From positions 10,693,751-10,757,750 of the forward strand of contig OZ037773.1 of the NCBI GenBank assembly GCA_964035545.1: a DNA stretch of 64,000 nt, read 5' to 3'. The DNA comes from Bugula neritina. Taxonomy: Eukaryota; Animalia; Bryozoa. Below are positions 13,701 to 25,703 of the stretch, one piece after another. The first letter of the stretch is position 1. Each line of letters starts with the position of its first letter. The notes beneath the pieces were generated by a model that was not told the origin of the DNA, made no database searches, and saw nothing but the letters and a program-made list of their open reading frames with translations. The position numbers and the translations under genes are program-made.

Positions 13701-15777
13701 AAAAAGAGAATGAATAACATAAGATGTAGAATGAATAACTGAACATTTAAGATGTAGAATGAATAACTGAACATTTAAGATGAAGAACGAAATGCGACAG
13801 AGACGAGACTAGTGTCACATGACAGAGATGAGACTGGTGTCACATGACAGAGACGAGACTAGTGTCACATGTTGATGTATAAACCCGCAGGAAATATCTG
13901 GATAATTAAAGGAAATATAATTAATTGATTTGCTACATGTAATATTTAGACTTCATTGTTATAGTTTACATTTAGCTCTCATTATATATTAAAGTAATAT
14001 AACACATTGTAAAAGGTTGGTAACACTCCTTTCCCTAACTTATAGTACATAGACATTTCTCATATGACCAGGTAGCTTGTATATAGTATATACAGCAAGT
14101 ATTTACTAATTGGGGATGACTCTATACTCTATAATCATTCTACACTCTAGCAACGTGCATTTATGATTATAGAACGAGTATAAAGTGTATTGAGAGAGAT
14201 ATAAAGAGAGTATTTCTAGAGAGAGTATATCTAGAGAGAGTATATCTAGAGAGAGTATATATAGAGAGAGTATATCTAGAGAGAGTATATCTAAAGAGAG
14301 TATATCTAGAGAGAGTATATCTAGAGAGAGTATATCTAGAGAGAGTATATCTAGAGAGAGTATATCTAGAGAGAGTATATCTAGAGAGAGTATATCTAGA
14401 GAGGGTATATCTAGAGGGTATATCTAGAGAGGGTATATCTAGAGAGGGTATATCTAGAGAGAGTATATCTAGAGAGAGTATATCTAGAGAGAGTATATCT
14501 ACAGAGAGTATATCTAGAGAGAGTATATATAGAGAGAGTATATCTAGAGAGAGTATATCTAGAGAGAGAGTATATCTAGAGAGAGTACACAGAGAGAGTG
14601 TAGAGTGAATGCAGCAGCTGCAAGACTTCTTGGCTGACACTAACCAAGTGATAAATCAACTTCACACACTTCACAGCTTGCCAAACCCAGACACTACATC
14701 CCACTCCTTCTCAACACTTTCCTCTTTAAATATCTAATATATATCACTATATATAATAGACCAGTATCACTATATATAATAGAACAGTATCACTATATAT
14801 AATAGACCAGTATCACTATATATAATAGACCAGTATCACTATATATAATAGAACAGTATCACTATATATAATAGACCAGTATCACTATATATAATAGAAC
14901 AGTATCACTATATATAATAGACCAGTATCACTATATATAATAGAACAGTATCACTATATATAATAGAACAGTATCACTATATATAATAGACCAGTATCAC
15001 TATATATAATAGAACAGTATCACTATATATAATAGACCAGTATCACTATATATAATAGAACAGTATCATATATATAATAGACCAGTATCACTATATATAA
15101 TAGACCAGTATCACTATATATAATAGAACAGTATCACTATATATAATAGAACAGTATCACTATATATAATAGAACAGTATCACTATATATAATAGAACAG
15201 TATCACTATATATAATAGACCAGTATCACTATATATAATAGACCAGTATCACTATATATAATAGAACAGTATCACTATATATAATAGACCAGTATCACTA
15301 TATATAATAGACCAGTATCACTATATATAATAGAACAGTATAATGTACTTACTACTATCATATATCACATAATGTACTTACTATCATATATCACATAATA
15401 TACTTACTATCATATATCACATAATGTACTTACTATCATATATCACATAATATACTTACTATCATATATCACATAATGTACTTACTATCATATATCACAC
15501 AATGTACTTACTATCATATATCACATAATGTACTTACTATCATATATCACACAATGTACTTACTATCATATATCACATAATGTACTTACTACTATCATAT
15601 ATCACATAATGTACTCACCACTCTTCCGTGCTTTGGGTTGATTCGGAAACAGAGACGAGGGGAGATGACTGGCCGAGTCGGCATGAAACTTGAAGATGAT
15701 TGGAGGAACTGGGAGTGGAGAGGGACGAACAGACTGAGTAGAGTGAAGGACTTTAATAAATAACGAGAAAGGCGCAT
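4760..15777 (-). CDS. Secreted protein: signal peptide, six-Cys chitin-binding type-2-like domain, EGF, Pro/Ser/Arg-rich linker, two more EGF domains; 9 exons (approx 15777-15619, 9765-9629, 8307-8212, 8121-8026, 7756-7612, 7426-7393, 6826-6442, 5180-5046, 4911-4760)
   Basis: All exon phases are compatible. EGF motifs CRNGGTVSTQGNLCWCKCAPGYSGFDC, CLNGGTCVNQCLGAVCLCRPPYTAGRRC and CMNGGTCRRG...CTCLAGFGGPMC; hydrophobic N-terminus MRLSRYLLKSFTLLSLFVPLHS; CBM14-like spacing C..RFISDQQTKCMYWEC..PVARQC..PC..C. Confidence 0.8.
5197..6427. repeat. Intronic minisatellite, 29 bp x ~42
   Basis: ATATAGTAACAGTACTACTATGAGTATGK fills the whole intron. Confidence 0.97.
6836..7390. repeat. Intronic minisatellite, ~21 bp
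   Basis: TACTATACAGTATAATATR repeated, filling the intron. Confidence 0.95.
7746..7952. repeat. 33-bp x ~6 array containing the splice acceptor
   Basis: CTATRGCTGAGGGTTCTACAATCAGTACACTGC; on the minus strand each unit carries YATAG|GC. Confidence 0.95.
8540..9225. repeat. Intronic minisatellite, ~32 bp built from TCTAG subunits
   Basis: GTCTAGTATATAGTATCTTTCTAGTSTCTAGT. Confidence 0.95.
9772..15617. repeat. Chain of unrelated arrays in intron 1 of the EGF gene: 22 bp (9772-10265), 15 bp (10653-11135), 21 bp (11302-12018), 13/16 bp (12090-12440), CATAT-rich (12618-12805), ~15 bp (14205-14590), ~24 bp (14741-15340), 26 bp (15342-15617)
   Basis: Units TACTGCTATATTATACACTATG; GTAGAGTGATATACT; GAGAGTAGGTAGAGGTACACT; GAGTGAGACTTGA; TATATCTAGAGAGAG; CAGTATCACTATATATAATAGAM; TTACTATCATATATCACATAATGTAC. 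Confidence 0.95.
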
Positions 15778-15807
15778 GTTGTGGTAGTGTGAGAGACAGG
15801 TATATGA

Positions 15808-18438
15808 TATAGTATAGAGAGAGAGAAATATATAGTAGAGAGAGAGAAATATATAGTAGAGAGAGAGAGAGAAATATATAGTAGAGAGAGAGAAATATAT
15901 AGTAGAGAGAGAGAAATATATAGTATAGAGAGAAATATATAGTAGAGAGAGAGAAATTTATAGTATAGAGAGAGAGAGAAATATATAGTAGAGAGAGAAC
16001 GGTTGGTTAGTAGAACTAGAGAATGGCGTGTGAATGGATTGTAAAGACGTTAAGACTGGTAATCCCCTCAGACTGTGTCATGCATGTATTCCCACGGATA
16101 TGTGGATTAGAGATTATCTCCAGGCAGTTAAATGCTGGCAACTGTTCAGTCACTTCAGTGTGTATCTCCGCAATGGCTTTCACTCCACACTTACCCTTTA
16201 TATATACAATAGACTGAGGGGTGTTAGCAAATCTCAGTGCGATAGACACAACTACCCAACCACAACATCACTCATTTGTCATGTTGACTGCTTCAACAAT
16301 CCTATTAGCTACGCCTGCATTCATTGTGATAATTGAGAGAGAGGACACACTATATATATTATACTATATATAATATACTATATATTACATGTGTACACAC
16401 TATATATAATATACTATATATTACATGTGTACACACTATATATATTATACTATATATTACATGTGTACACACTATATATAATATACTATATATTACATGT
16501 GTACACACTATATACATTATACTACATATTACATGTGTACACACTATATATAATATACTATATACTACATGTGTACACACTATATATATTATACTATATA
16601 CTACATGTGTACACACTATATATGATAACAATAGTCTATATAATACTTTGTAGAAAGTAGCAGCATTCCATGAAAAGCGAGGGACATTGTGACGTGACGA
16701 CATGGTGGTGTGTTGGGACATTGTGATGTGACAGTATGACATGGTGGTGGTGACATTGTGACGTGACAGTATGACATGGTGGTGGTGACATTGTGACGTG
16801 ACAGTATGACATGGTGGTGGTGACATTGTGACGTGACAGTATGACATGGTGGTGGTGACATTGTGACGTGACAGTATGACATTGTGACGTGACAGTATGA
16901 CATGGTGGTCGTGACATAATGCAGGTGACAAACAACAAGAACGCTGAGATATACACAATATATACACATCTATATTTCAGTTGATGAATATAATAACAGT
17001 TGGGTTGAGTTTATTATAATAGCAAGGTTTATTCAGTAAGGATGATTTGTGTTCTATATACAGGTTGTCAATAGAGTGTCACCAATATCACCAGTATGTG
17101 GTGCTAGTAGTGACAGCAGTGTATGGTGTCAGCGGTATGTGGTGCTAGTAGTGACAGCAGTGCAAGGTAACTGAGTGGTAAAGTGAAGCACCAACTTGTT
17201 GCTGTCACAGTCAATCAATCTGCTGCCGTCCTCCACCACTTGGATCCTTTCCTTTGCTCCTTTGTTTCTTGCTTTTCATGCCACTTTTAGAAGACTTTGT
17301 CTTTTGTTTCAACTTGTGTGTCGAGTCTTTTTTCATGGCTTTAGCTGCTGGTTCTATGATATAATATTAAGTAATATGATGTGCAGCATAACGCTATAGA
17401 CATACTACTTATGTGGTACTATATAGACATACTACTTATGTGGTACTATATAGACATACTACTTATGCGATACTATGTAGACATACTACTTATGTGGTAC
17501 TATATAGACATACTATTTATGTGGTACTATATAGACATACTACTTATGTGATACTATGTAGACATACTACTTATGTGGTACTATATAGACATACTATTTA
17601 TGTGGTACTATATAGACAAACAAACACTAAAACTACTTATGTGATACCACGTAGAATATGTTATATAATCTGGTATTATTACAGGGTAAACACAAACATC
17701 GCTCACCATGACCATCAGCAGCTGAAGAGCACGAGGCAGCTGCAGGTGTATTGGCGGAGAGAGCGGCGGTAGACGAGTCATTAGTCTGAGTAGACGACTC
17801 TCCCTTGGCATGGGCAGACGACCACAGCGCATTCCTCAGAACCTGAGGGTAATTAGACAGAGAATGAAGGAATTGTCACTACATGCTATATTATAGGGAG
17901 TTGTCACTACATGCTATATTATAGGGAGTTGTCACTACATACTATATTATAGGGAGTTGTCACTACATACTATATTATAGGGAGTTGTCACTACATACTA
18001 TATTATAGGGAGTTGTCACTACATACTATATTATAGGGAGTTGTCACTACATACTATATTATAGGGAGTTGTCACTACATACTATATTATAGGGAGTTGT
18101 CACTACATGCTATATTATAGGGAGTTGTCACTACATACTATATTATAGGGAGTTGTCACTACATACTATATTATAGGGAGCTGTCACTACATACTATATT
18201 ATAGGGAGTTGTCACTACATACTATATTATAGGGAGTTGTCACTACATACTATATTATAGGAAGTTGTCACTACATGCTATATTATAGGGAGTTGTCACT
18301 ACATACTATATTATAGGGAGTTGTCACTACATGCTATACCATAGGGAGTTGTCACTACATGCTATATTATAGGGAGTTGTCACTACATACTATATTATAG
18401 GGAGTTGTCACTACATACTATATTATAGGGAGTTGTCC
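15808..18438. repeat. Arrays at 15808-16000, 16347-16625 (33 bp), 16682-16915, 17390-17650 and 17872-18438 (28 bp x ~20); the last two fill C1D introns
   Basis: For example GTTGTCACTACATACTATATTATAGGGA and GACATTGTGACGTGACAGTATGACATGGTGGTGGT. Confidence 0.92.
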
Positions 18439-20590
18439 ACTCACACGTTTACTGGCTTCCTTGTTGACTTTAGGAGCATGTTTAGCATCTTCCAGCTGCT
18501 TCAGTCTTTGCAAGTGAGTTTTTACTCTGTCCAACTCTTTACTAAGATTATGATCAATTGGATTTATCCCTTTAGTCTTTAGATATACTACATCCAATGG
18601 AAAATACTAAACATAGTATACAATATAATAAGGATGATATAGTGTATATTATAAAACATTACCAAGTACGTCATAAAACACTAACTCACCCCAGAAGAGA
18701 GAGTTGGCTGCATAAAGAGAAATTAGATCCAGTTTTGCTCTTTGTAAAGGAGATATCTAAATTGTATAGATATATCATAAGTATATAGGTATATCATAAG
18801 TATTGAAATATATCATAAGGATATAGAGATATATCATAAGTATAGAGATATATCATAAGTATATAGAGACACATCATAAGTATAGAGATATATCATGAGT
18901 GTAAAGATATATCATACATATAGAGATATATTAGTATCAAATGAGTTGCACAAGATTAAAAATTAGTTATTTATATTGTGAATATGCAGTACTTGAGATT
19001 AAGATCATTACAATAACTATAAGTTTTTGTGCCTTTTACTATAAAAACAATGATTATTCTCATCATTAGCAGAGTGAGTATCAGTATGGACATTCTATAT
19101 AACAATTATTGACATAATTCTACTCAAACTTATTACTATGGTCACACTATCTCAACCAGACTGATGGTCAAAATTAACATCAAGTCATTCACACTGAGTA
19201 TTAAAATCACAGCAATAGTAGGCAGTATAGACACTATTAATCTCAGGACAATGCTCATCGTGATGATGTTAGTATATTATGAGTGTTAATAATCTAAGGA
19301 ACTATTATAATAATACTTCTAGCTCCTTGAAAAATGATTATTCTCAGGCTATTACAATGAAGAACACAGTAAAGTTAAATAAATATGAAATTTGACATCA
19401 ATACCAAAATCAATGTGAAACGCAGTGAAACTAAATGTCAATACCCAGTATCATACTACTAACAAACAAACCTAAAACCAACAAATATAATTACCATTAA
19501 TGATTGGTGACCAATGACTACCACCAACATTTAAATTTTATAAGTCAAAAGTAAAATTAGAGTAAAACTAGAAACGACATTAACTTTTTAAGTCAAAGCT
19601 AATAAAAAGCAATCTGATGATTTAAATCACCAACAATGATAATTAATAACTAATATTAATAACATAATGATAATTTACATTATTAAACTAAAAATTAAAA
19701 ACTATGTTTAATAATATTATTCATTTATCCTCATTATGACAATTATTATAATATTAAAACGTTGGCATTAATTTTTATCAAGTAATTATTTTAGTTCTAC
19801 TATTAGTATTAGTAATTGAGTTTTAGACTTAGTATTACTCAGTCTACTCTTAGTATTACTCAGTCTACTCTTAGTATTACTCAGCCTACTCTTAGTATTA
19901 CTCAGCCTACTCTTAGTATAACTCTATAAGTATAACTATAAGTATAGGTACAACATTAACTAAACTTGAACTAATACTAGTACTAGTACTAGTAGTATTA
20001 CTATAACTATTAGTATTACTATAGAGTATAGTCTAAGGCTAACTCTAAATGTTCAACTATAAGATAAACTTTAAGTTAAGGTATTATTAGTATTAGTATT
20101 ACTATTAGTATTAGCATTAGTATTTAATTAGTATTACTAGAAATATAACAGCACAAAACTAAGTATAACTATTACTAGTATTACTAGTAGTAGTATTACT
20201 AGTAATACTAGTATTACTAGTATTAGTATTACTTATACTATTAGTATTACTATAACTATAAGTATAACTTTTAGATTTAGTCTTAGATTTAAATTCAATT
20301 CAACTTTCAGTACAACTACAAGTATCACTGATAGTGATACGGATACTCATAGTCATAGCGATATTCAATGTCATCTTGATCTTGTGACCCGTCATCTCAT
20401 CTGTCACTGTAAGTGTAAGTGTAACTGTAAGTCTCACCTCTGCAGCAACATCAGCTGTTGAAGCTTGGAGCAATGGTTGAAGGCATTCCCCAACTGAAAT
20501 TACGGAATTATATAAGCCATTTATAGAATGTGACAATTCTTTTAGTTGACCTTCTGACTCTACATTTGTCTTAGTCTTACGCAGAGACAT
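17211..20590 (-). CDS. C1D: Nuclear nucleic-acid-binding protein C1D (Sas10/C1D family); 5 exons (approx 20590-20438, 18756-18690, 18590-18445, 17842-17707, 17354-17211)
   Basis: Spliced translation ISPLQRAKLDLISLYAANSLFW|MYLKTKGINPIDHNLSKELDRVKTHLQRLKQLEDAKHAPKVNKEASKR|VLRNALW matches C1D (PLEQAKVDL..AYTLNSMFWVYL.T.GVNP..H...ELERI...FVKNALW). Confidence 0.9.
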
Positions 20591-21255
20591 GATATTTTCT
20601 ACAGCCCTATGGGCTTTCAATGGCTTGAACGTTCTTTTCACTAGCGACCTTCACACATGCAGCCGTATAGTTAAAATTTTGGTTTAGGCCTGTAAGATGT
20701 TCGTATACGTAATCACTCCTGACCTTTTCTGTTAGACAAATGGGTGCAGTTTATTGTTTGAGACTAATGAAAAACGCATTACTCTTTTAAAGAGTTTACT
20801 TCTCTTGTAATACTAACGCGAGCGCATCACATATGAAGCTAAATTATTTTTTGTCGTGATCAAGACGTTTTCTCCAAACAATTTTGTGAAACAGAAAATA
20901 GTAAAATTGGTATCATAAATATTTACCCAATCACGGACGTTGAAAACGTTTCTCTGTCCAATAGGAGTGCGTGAAAATTTTTACACTCGCGCAGCGATTG
21001 ACTATTGACTAGATGCCTACCGTCTCGAGCGTTTGAGTTCGACTGCATTTAATTGCACTCGACGTTTTGTGATTGTGTGACTGGGCCCTCAATAACTCTC
21101 TGACGTGAGCTTGGAGGAAAACCGGAAATGTCATTTTACAGTTCTCTATTTCATCCTAGTGATATTTAAAATACGCATAAGACAAGTGATAAATGACATC
21201 TCAGCGATAGTGTTACTGAAATTCAACTCATCACATTTGATTCAATTTCATAATC
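20591..21255. promoter_or_regulatory. Putative bidirectional promoter between C1D and the C1orf198 homolog
   Basis: About 660 bp between divergent start codons; locally CpG-rich (CGCG motifs), CCAAT at ~20927 and ~20958, TGACGT at ~21101, ETS-like CCGGAA at ~21122. Confidence 0.55.
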
Positions 21256-24200
21256 ATGATGACAATGAGTAGCAAATATGCTGACGAGTATTTTGGTTCG
21301 TTGAATAGCATGTGCAAAGGAATAACTAAACAGAAAATAGCGTTTTCTTCTTTACTGGGCAACCAATGGGAAAGTTTGACTCTCAGTGACCAAGACGCTC
21401 TTTTAGATGAACATTTTGTGGCACCTCACATCAAACAGAAGTACCTTCAAGCTGAAGATGACGACAAAAGCACAAATAACTGTGATTTACCAGACTTCTT
21501 CCCTAAATACAAAATTAAATGTGGTCAGAAGATTGTTGAAGATGACGAGGTTTGTAACTTTGTCGAACTCGATAGACGATTAGTCGTAGTGACACTTTGA
21601 CTCCCACTGATTCTGACTGAGATGAGTGCGAATTATAAACTCATGATTTTAATGATAGCAAATTTAAGTAGATTTTGTACCTAATTAAAACAGTCATACT
21701 TTTACTGTTTTAGTTTTATACTACTGTCAACGTCATAGTTTTTCATAATCATTAGATTTATTAATTAATAATAATAAGAATAATAAATAACTTTTATTCT
21801 AAATATTGAATTTAATAACGTGTAGCAACTACATTGAAATGGGCTATAAACTATTTTTATTTCAATAATCGTCATTGTAATTTTGCATTTCCAGGTGTAT
21901 GGGCTAAGTTAATTTCTACTAACTAGTATTATAATTTTTTTAAGTTAGATAGACCTAAAACTATAAGGAGAATTCTTATTGCTACACTCATCTTGGTAGA
22001 TAAAGTAGCACAATATAAACCATTAACTGACCAACTGTGTATTTCTGTGTCGCTTACATTAGAAAGTTGTACTTTACTCTGCATGCAGGGAGAGATGTGG
22101 CAGGATGAACATTCCGGGCCCTTCAGTTGGGAGACTTTGGTATGTCTATATTTGCTCTCTGCTATGTCTATATATGCTCTCTGCTATGTCTATATATACT
22201 CTCTGCCATGTCTATGTTTATTTTCTACTATATCTATATTTACACTCTACTATGTCTATATTTACTTTCTACTATGTCTATATTTGCTCTCTGCTATGTC
22301 TATATTTACTCTCTGCTATGTCTATATATACTCTCTGCTATGTCTATATATACTCTCTGCTATGTCTATATATACTCTCTGCTATGTCTATATATACTCT
22401 CTGCTATGTCTATATATACTCTCTGTTATATCTATATTTACTCTCTGTTATATCTATATTTACTCTCTGTTATGTCTATATATATACTCTCTGTTATGTC
22501 TATGTCCACTCTCTGTTATGTCTATGTTTACTATCTGCTATGTCTATATTCACTCTCTGTTATGTCTATGTTTACTGTCTGCTATGTCTATATATACTCT
22601 CTGTTATGTCTATATTTGCTCTCTGCTATGTCTATATATACTCTCTGCTATGTCTATGTTTACTATCTGCTATGTCTATATATACTCTCTGCTATGCCTA
22701 TGTTTACTGTCTGCTATGTCTATGTTTACTATCTGCTATGTCTATATTCACTCTCTGCTATGCCTATGTTTACTATCTGCTATACTTGTATTACTACAGA
22801 GCCAAAGTGAGTTCTGTATGACGGATGATATTGGCAATGCTGATACAGTCAAGACTAAAACCAGGGATCCTAAACGACCGAAATCTCCAAGATTAATGAG
22901 GAGTAGCAGTACAGACCAACTTACTCCACGTCCTGGAGACTTAGAGAGGTAGGTAACAGCAGAGATGTCCTGTAGACTTAGAGAGGTAGGTAACAGCAGA
23001 GATGTCCTGTAGAGTTAGAGAGGTAGGTAACAGCAGAGATGTCCTGTAGAGTTAGAGAGGTAGGTAACAGCAGAGATGTCCTGTAGAGTTGTAAAGGTAG
23101 GTAACAGCAGAGATGTCCTGTAGAGTTAGAGAGGTAGGTAACAGCAGAGATGTCCTGTAGAGTTAGAGAGGTAGGTAACAGCAGAGATGTCCTGTAGAGT
23201 TAGAGAGGTAGGTAACAGCAGAGATGTCCTGTAGAGTTAGAGAGGTAGGTAACAGCAGAGTAGAGTTAGAGAGGTAGGTAACAGCAGAGATATCCTGTAG
23301 AGTTAGAGAGGTAGGTAACAGCAGAGATGTCCTGTAGAGTTAGAGAGGTAGGTAACAGCAGAGATGTCCCGTAGAGTTAGAGAGGTATATAAGATAGAGA
23401 TAGAGTATAATGTATATATCATGTGTACACTCAGGTCTGGAAGCACAGACTTCCACCTCCTGCGAGACATCTGGGAGGCCCACCACTGCACCACTCCGGA
23501 TGGTGAAATGCCACCTTCTCTCCAGTCTTTTTTATCTCGGTCTCAAAACTCTCTTAACGCGGGAGAACTGAATACTAGTTCCACCAAACCTCTTTCTGCC
23601 TCGTCTGACGGAGTCTCGGTGAGCCATACTTCATGACTGTTACTAGTACTATGTATTCTCTCTAACTGTTACTAGTACTATGTACTCTCTCTAACTGTTA
23701 CTAGTACTATGTACTCTCTAACTGTTACTAGTACTATGTACTCTCTCTAACTGTCACTAGTACTATGTACTCTCTCTAACTGTTACTAGTACTATGTACT
23801 CTCTCTAACTGTTACTAGTACTATGTAGTCTCTCTAACTGTTACTAGTACTATGTAGTCTCTCTAACTGTTATTAGTGCTATGTATTCTCTCTAACTGTT
23901 ACTAGTACTATGTACTCTCTCTAACTGTTACTAGTACTATGTACTCTCTCTAACTGTCACTAGTACTATGTACTCTCTCTAACTGTTACTAGTACTATGT
24001 ACTCTCTCTAACTGTTACTAGTACTATGTAGTCTCTCTAACTGTTACTAGTACTATGTACTCTCTCTAACTGTTACTGGCACTATGTACTCTCTCTAACT
24101 GTTACTAGTACTATGTAGGATCTGCATGCTGAAGCTCCAGTCAGTGAAGCTCCAGTCACTGAAGCTCCAGTCAGTGAAGCTCCAGTCAGTGAAGCTCCTG

Positions 24201-25703
24201 TCGGGTCACACAGTGTAAATCTCCCCAAATCTCCTACAAGTCAAAAAGTCACACATTTTGGTTCAAGAGTCACGGGTTCCTCTCTGACTAAGAAACCAGA
24301 AGTAACATCTCACTCTACAGTTGACTCAGGTAACACTCTACAGTTGACTCAGGTAATAGTCTACAGTTGACTCAGGTAACACTCTACAGTTGACTCAGGT
24401 AATAGTCTACAGTTGACTCAGGTAACACTCTACAGTTGACGCAGGTAACATCTCAGTCATATTTAGTTCCTAGTGGCGTAGTTGTGTATTCAATAGAATT
24501 AAAGAAATATTTTGGTCGGCATTTATTACATTACATTTTGGTGAGTAAAGAAATATGTTTGTTGGCAATCTTCTTTAAACTGCTCAACCAATCAAAGCTT
24601 TTAAATGTCCGATTGTCACGAGGTAACACTGCTGTTTCTTCACAGATTTTTATTGCTGTTTGTTTGGTTTTAGGGGACTTGGTAGCTACAGCTCCGTTGG
24701 CAACCAAAGAAGAAGATGATGACATAACGAGGGATATGAGAGGTGGGTTAGTGACATCACGAGGGATATGAGAGGTGGGTTAGTGACATCACGAGGGTCA
24801 TGAGAGGTGGGTTAGTGACATCATGAGGGTCATGAGGGGTGGGTTAGTGACATCATGAGGGAAATGAGAGGTGGGTTAGTGACATCATGAGGGTCATGAG
24901 AGGTGGGTTAGTGACATCATGAGGGTCATGAGAGGTGGGTTAGTGACATCATGAGGGATATGAGAGGTGGGTTAGTGACATCATGAGGGTCATGAGAGGT
25001 GGGTTAGTGACATCATGAGGGATATGAGAGGTGGGTTAGTGACATCATGAGGGGTATTAGAGGTGGGTTAGTGACATCATGAGGGTCATGAGAGGTGGGT
25101 TAGTGACATCACGGGGGTCATGAGAGGGGGGGGGTTGAAACTGAAGCTTCATTTTTCAGGTCTTTTAATCTGGCAATTCTACTTTTAGATGATGTTGCAA
25201 AAATGTCAGAAATAAAAGTAAAAATGAAAGAAAACCTGTGTAATGAGCCAATCAAAGACAAGCCAGTTTCTGCTGAGCCAATTAAAGACAAGCCAGTTTC
25301 TGCTGAGCCAATCAAAGACAAGCCAGTTTCTGCTGAGCCAATTAAAGACAAGCCAGTTTCTGCTGAGCCAATGAAAGCGCCGACTGAAGAGATAGATATC
25401 CTGGCCAAGTTCGGAGTGACATTTGGCTATAGTGCTCCCTCCTCCCAGGTCAGTTCATGCTGTGACTTGTTCCTATACAGAACTTCACGTCTGCTTCTAA
25501 GGAACTGGTGCAGACGTATTGGCAATGTGCCAGAGTGTCGCCGTCTTTGAATTAGCTCTTTACTGGAATGTTTGTAGGATAGCCTGGATGGAGCCACTGC
25601 AGGTACAGCCACTGCAGGTACAGCCACTGCAGGTACAGCCACTGCAGACTCTACAAATGCTACTGATTTACCTGCAGGCTTTGATTTCCTCAGCTCATGG
25701 TAG
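21256..25703 (+). CDS. C1orf198: C1orf198 homolog (DUF4706); 8 exons (approx 21256-21549, 22089-22139, 22800-22948, 23435-23618, 24119-24329, 24674-24742, 25189-25448, 25578-25703)
   Basis: YFGSLNSMCKGI...QWESL...QDALLD...FP...GQKIV...WQDEHSGPFSWETLSQSEF and C-terminal GFDFLSSW* match the family's WQDEHSAPFSWET and GFDFLDNW signatures; exon phases consistent. Confidence 0.9.
22140..25125. repeat. C1orf198 intronic arrays: ~22 bp (22140-22790), 37 bp (22930-23390), 29 bp (23636-24117), 23 bp (24311-24450), 32 bp (24719-25125)
   Basis: Each intron has its own unit; three units include the upstream exon tail plus the GT donor. Confidence 0.95.
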
